Of a stretch of 64,000 nucleotides of DNA, positions 60,103-64,000 are shown one piece after another (position 1 is the stretch's first letter; each line of letters starts with the position of its first letter). Location of the stretch: positions 1,504,001 to 1,568,000 of the forward strand of contig CAVZJV010000014.1 in assembly GCA_963775685.1 (NCBI GenBank), written 5' to 3'. The stretch is from Candidatus Bathyarchaeota archaeon (GTDB taxonomy: Archaea > Thermoproteota > Bathyarchaeia > Bathyarchaeales > Bathycorpusculaceae). Below the pieces are notes generated by a model, which did not search any database, was not told where the DNA came from, and saw only the letters and a list, made by a program, of their open reading frames with translations. Position numbers and translations under genes: made by a program.

Positions 60103-60680
60103 ACAACCATTTTGTCCTTTGACGCATTGTGGTAAAACCGCCATGCCAAAAGGTAAACGGTGATTAAAACGAACAGTTCAGCAAATATCCCAAGGAATAT
60201 GTCGCTTGAGAGAGCGAAAAAGTTGTTTGCTATGTGAAGTGATACTGCAAGCAGATAATATGGTAAGGGGTTCTTTTTTGCTATGCCATAAGCAACAATG
60301 GTTGCACTTGAAGCATGGAAGATAATATGAGGCAAACTTGCAATAAGCGGCGAGCCTATATAGAAAACGTATTCAAAAAATTCTGCAAAGCCAAAACCTA
60401 AGCCGATTAGAAGCCCCAAAGTCACAAGTGAGCGTTCTGTTTCCCCATGCCTGTAGAATAGAGGAAAAACTTTCGCTACCTCCTCAATAAAAGGAGCTAA
60501 AACAACGATTAGAAGTGCTGCCGAAAATTCAGTGGGAATCAATGATTCGAAAAAAACTGCAAAAGGAATGCTCACTAAGATGCCTGAGGCGAAAAAGAAG
60601 GCTAACTCTTTTTTGGTTGGTTTATGAATCGGAATGACGCATTGACGCTGCTGTTCGGTTTTCAAAAAAATAGGCTCCAT
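60099..60680 (-). CDS. PrsW-family intramembrane protease
   Basis: EEVAK, GFGFAE, FH and LH..NN motifs in a polytopic protein. Confidence 0.82.
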   Translation of the reverse strand: MEPIFLKTEQQRQCVIPIHKPTKKELAFFFASGILVSIPFAVFFESLIPTEFSAALLIVVLAPFIEEVAKVFPLFYRHGETERSLVTLGLLIGLGFGFAEFFEYVFYIGSPLIASLPHIIFHASSATIVAYGIAKKNPLPYYLLAVSLHIANNFFALSSDIFLGIFAELFVLITVYLLAWRFYHNASKDKMVV

Positions 60681-60727
60681 TAAAAAACAATAACAAAGAC
60701 TTCCTTATCAGCGTTTTCGCTAACTCC

Positions 60728-62101
60728 CTAAAACCCAGAGGAAATAAGGTCAGAAGGCTTCATTATTTCTCTTAAAACCACTGTGGCATAGGAGCCTCTG
60801 AGCAGCATGAAGCTTACTTTCGCCTGATATCCAGAGCCTTCTTGATTTGCCAAGACGTTTTGCAGCTTAAAATCTTTGACAGGGGTCACGGCTGTACGCA
60901 AACCTCCACGCCCACCTGTTCTTGATAACACGTTAACGTGACAGTTTTCTGCTTTGATTCCTTCTTGCTCAAGAACTTCTATCTCTATCTGCCCTATGGC
61001 GCCTTGAGAAAGCTTCTGTTTTACCCCAAAAATCGGAAGGGCAACACGCAACCGCCCATAATTGATTTGAGAGTTAACTTCAGCCAAGTTCTGGGCAGTT
61101 GCAATTTTGGCAACGGCAGTCATGGGCAATCCCGAATGCTCAACACCAACAACATAGTCGCCGACAACAGCCTCATTCAAAGGCAACCTATGCTTAACCC
61201 GCTCGCTAAGAAAACGGTTAAACAAATACGACTGGTGGGCTTGAACAAAGAGCGCTTGAAGCTTAGGGGGTAACTTCTGAAAAGCCCCAACAAAATCGTT
61301 GGGATTTTCAGCTAAATGGTTAAGCATTATCTGTTCAAACCGAAGCTGCTTGGGAAAATTCTCCTTTGCCATTTTGAAGTTCTTTGTTATTTCTAGCTCT
61401 TGACGGGCTTGCCTTGAAGCAGGGTGCTCATAGACGCTGGGTTTAGCCAGAAAAAGCATTGCGGCTTCCTCAAAGTCGCCTTTGATAAGGGCTTTTCCGA
61501 CTAAATGTGTGATAGGACGGGTGGTTCCGAAGCGTTGGTGACCAAAAAAGTTGGGAACTCCGCCTATAGCATCGAGTTCTTGGATGGTTTTGGTTATGTG
61601 TTCGGTTAAAGTTGCTTCTGTTTCACGAATGTTTTGGATTGTTATACTAAAGTTGTTGCCTAACAGGTAAAACACCGACAACGGCTCCCTTATGTAGCCA
61701 ATAGGGCATACTTCTACGTCTTTGACATCGATTTTATGGGCTTCTTCTATGGAGAGGTTTGCGATGCTGATGTGTTGGGCTGTTATTGCTCTGGCGTCTT
61801 TTATACCTGCAAACTGGACCCGCGCCTGGTCAATGCCTAAGGATTTTGCGATGTTTTTTATGGCTATGAAAGTGTCCCAGTTGCGCTTAATTAAAACGCA
61901 AAGAAGAAACCGCTGGGTATGAAGTGTAGAACCCAAAACTCGACTTGGAGCGGCATCATTCACAGAAGCTTTGGACCCATCCACAAGAATCTCTTCAACC
62001 ACAAAATCCTCCACAGACTGCTTGATTGCCCCCTCAACGCCTTTTGTTTTAGTGGAGTAAACTTCCATGCCCAGAAGCTTATCGATATCGGGAACGGACA
62101 A
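60728..62101 (-). CDS. truD: tRNA pseudouridine(13) synthase
   Basis: EDFVVEE, AGIKD.RAIT.Q, GN.F.I, PNFFG.QRFG, A.QSYLFN, F.L.RGSYAT..LRE. Confidence 0.95.
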   Translation of the reverse strand: MSVPDIDKLLGMEVYSTKTKGVEGAIKQSVEDFVVEEILVDGSKASVNDAAPSRVLGSTLHTQRFLLCVLIKRNWDTFIAIKNIAKSLGIDQARVQFAGIKDARAITAQHISIANLSIEEAHKIDVKDVEVCPIGYIREPLSVFYLLGNNFSITIQNIRETEATLTEHITKTIQELDAIGGVPNFFGHQRFGTTRPITHLVGKALIKGDFEEAAMLFLAKPSVYEHPASRQARQELEITKNFKMAKENFPKQLRFEQIMLNHLAENPNDFVGAFQKLPPKLQALFVQAHQSYLFNRFLSERVKHRLPLNEAVVGDYVVGVEHSGLPMTAVAKIATAQNLAEVNSQINYGRLRVALPIFGVKQKLSQGAIGQIEIEVLEQEGIKAENCHVNVLSRTGGRGGLRTAVTPVKDFKLQNVLANQEGSGYQAKVSFMLLRGSYATVVLREIMKPSDLISSGF

Positions 62102-62109
62102 AAAATCGC

Positions 62110-62472
62110 CTAGAGCAACTTGAGCTTACCCGTTAAACGATCAATCATCGCTGAAGGTGCAGGACCTATGCCCAAGCAGGTAACAGTGCCCTCCGGAATC
62201 TCAGTTAAACCCCTATCAACTATAAGCGCATGAGGTAACCCTAAATCGTCTGCAAATTCCTCGAGTTCGCCAAGTTCTTTTTCGCTTGCAACCTTAACCG
62301 CAACCTTTTTTTGCCCCTCAAACATCCATGCTTCCCACCACTTCTTATGACGAGAATAAGCGTCTTGAGCTGCAGAAACTGCTGCGTGACCAGCTTGGGC
62401 AGCGATTTTGCCTTTGCTCATCTGCAGGTCGGTTCGGAAGACGAGGACTTGCTTGTATTCGAATTCACCCAT
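62110..62472 (-). CDS. pth2: Peptidyl-tRNA hydrolase Pth2
   Basis: R.DL.MSKGKIAAQAGHA, GQKKV, D.GLTEI..GT.T.LGIGP. Confidence 0.95.
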   Translation of the reverse strand: MGEFEYKQVLVFRTDLQMSKGKIAAQAGHAAVSAAQDAYSRHKKWWEAWMFEGQKKVAVKVASEKELGELEEFADDLGLPHALIVDRGLTEIPEGTVTCLGIGPAPSAMIDRLTGKLKLL

Positions 62473-62506
62473 TTAGTTTCCCGATTGTATGTTTGCGTAC
62501 TGGACT

Positions 62507-63742
62507 TTAAGGGTTTGCAGATAAGTAAAGAAGCCCAAAATAGAGAAGAGCCGCTGTCACCGTTGGCTTTTTAAGTGACGTTAATAGCATTTTGCCCTGG
62601 AAATCTATTTCGTCTACACTATTGAGCGCTTTATCAACGCCCAGCTTGTCGCAGACCCGTAGCATCTCATCCAACCGTTCATCAGAAAGAGAATCAAGAA
62701 AACGCCTAAGCCTCAACATAACTCTGAAGTCAAAACGAAACAAGTCGTCACAGCGTTTCTGGTAGGCATGCAGAGCTTTTGAGGAAACATTACCCCGTGC
62801 TATGGCGTGGCTTGCTACTTCTGCGACTTCTTTGGCAGCAGTTAATCCGAATATGACGCCTCCGCCCGTTGTGGGTTTAACTTGTGAAGCGCAATCTCCG
62901 ACGGCAAGGAAGCCATTTGTGTAAGCTTGCTGGATTGGACCAGCCAAACTGATGGCATGGTAACCCACAGTTTCTATTTTTGCCTTCGCCAGTTGTTTGG
63001 AAGCTACTGGGTGCTTTGTCATGAGGCGGGTTAGGTGTTCTCGGGGGTCACCTTTGTTTGTTGCTAACCCCACTTTAGCTGTACCGTCTAATCGGGGTAT
63101 GAGCCAACCGTAGAAACCGGGTGCGTAAGCTTTACCGAAGTAGACTTCTACTGCGTTGAGTTCAACGTTTTTGACATTGTCCATTTCAGCTTCAACGGCA
63201 TATACTAAGGCTTTGGGGTTTAGGGTAGGCAAGCCAGTTTGGCGCAGTAGCTTCGACGAGATTCCTTCGGCGTCAATGACGATTTTTGAGTTAACTTGCT
63301 CTTCAACACCATCGCGGTTGATCTTTACGCCTTTGACGGACCCGTTTGACATAATGAGCGATTGGACACGCGAACCCAGCATATAACCTACTCCTGCTGC
63401 CTCCGCTTGTTTTGCCAAGTACTGGTCAAACCTAGCCCTATTAAGAGCAACAGTTACGGGACAGTTTAGGTGAAGCGTGAATTTAGTGCCTGCGGGTGAG
63501 TAAAAGTTAGCTGCACAAAACGTATTCTCAGCCACGCCATCTGGAAGTGGATAGAACCCCAAGTTTCTGAGGCTGCGTATGCTAATATGGCCTGCGCAAT
63601 GCGACGGCACCCCAACCATGGGATGCTCTTCGTAAACCGTGACGTTTAGGCCTTTTTTGGCTAAATGCTGCGCTGCAAAGGAACCGACTGGGCCAGCACC
63701 TACGACTACTACGTCTGTTGGTTGAGATTTTTGGACAGTCAT
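62507..63742 (-). CDS. Geranylgeranyl reductase family flavoprotein
   Basis: GAGPVG, C.G, R..FD..LA..A, YGWLIP, VGD.A.QV.P.TGGG. Confidence 0.88.
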   Translation of the reverse strand: MTVQKSQPTDVVVVGAGPVGSFAAQHLAKKGLNVTVYEEHPMVGVPSHCAGHISIRSLRNLGFYPLPDGVAENTFCAANFYSPAGTKFTLHLNCPVTVALNRARFDQYLAKQAEAAGVGYMLGSRVQSLIMSNGSVKGVKINRDGVEEQVNSKIVIDAEGISSKLLRQTGLPTLNPKALVYAVEAEMDNVKNVELNAVEVYFGKAYAPGFYGWLIPRLDGTAKVGLATNKGDPREHLTRLMTKHPVASKQLAKAKIETVGYHAISLAGPIQQAYTNGFLAVGDCASQVKPTTGGGVIFGLTAAKEVAEVASHAIARGNVSSKALHAYQKRCDDLFRFDFRVMLRLRRFLDSLSDERLDEMLRVCDKLGVDKALNSVDEIDFQGKMLLTSLKKPTVTAALLYFGLLYLSANP

Positions 63743-64000
63743 CGTTATGGTACTGTGTTCGGTTGTTTATAAAAGGTGAAGGAAAGCTAAAGTTTGAGGC
63801 TTTCACAATCAGCCTACGGCCCAAATCCGGCCCGAACCTAACACGCATCTAATTGCACTATTGGTTGGTTGTTGTATGTAGTAAACTTCAACAAATCTAT
63901 CAATAAGAAACAACACAACACAAAAAAGCATTTTGGGCAGAATATTTTGGAAACAAAAAGATAAAATAAAGAAAAAGGGGTTTGATGTTTTCCTTAATTG

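Overview
Archaeal chromosome segment. Gene content suggests TACK, most likely Bathyarchaeia (TFE-beta, form III RuBisCO, frequent TTG/GTG starts); this is inference. The left 28 kb is largely accessory. (i) <1-10636 is an integrative element abutting the 3' end of tRNA-Leu(UAG). It has an intact Zn-ribbon tyrosine integrase, a divergent ribbon-helix-helix switch, a toxin-antitoxin pair and surface-protein cargo that shares a TGTTC-N8-GAACA palindrome with a membrane-anchored HTH regulator. (ii) 10995-17973 encodes a ~2,300-aa Trp/Asn/Thr-rich surface protein split by one frameshift, next to a degenerate thermonuclease. (iii) tRNA-Thr(GGU) is followed by a stack of islands bounded by three progressively decayed copies of its 3' half. 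The stack holds two decayed SSV-type integrases, a VapBC pair, an Ig-repeat adhesin and three diverged ~135-bp elements with AAGGCCTT inverted ends that separate small genes. The right 36 kb is mostly core: a PMT/GT-C/Dpm1 glycosylation operon, the AMP phosphorylase-R15P isomerase-RuBisCO cluster beside a GH3-like gene, a trxB-(Fd-MvhD)x2-nfnAB operon opposite a rubredoxin-pyruvate oxidase fusion, KEOPS genes, rps15, RecJ-like, tfeB, rlmE, nadC, psmB, ogt, nadM, truD, pth2 and a geranylgeranyl reductase. Several single-base frameshifts may be assembly errors. All family assignments are from motif recognition by eye; no database search was run.
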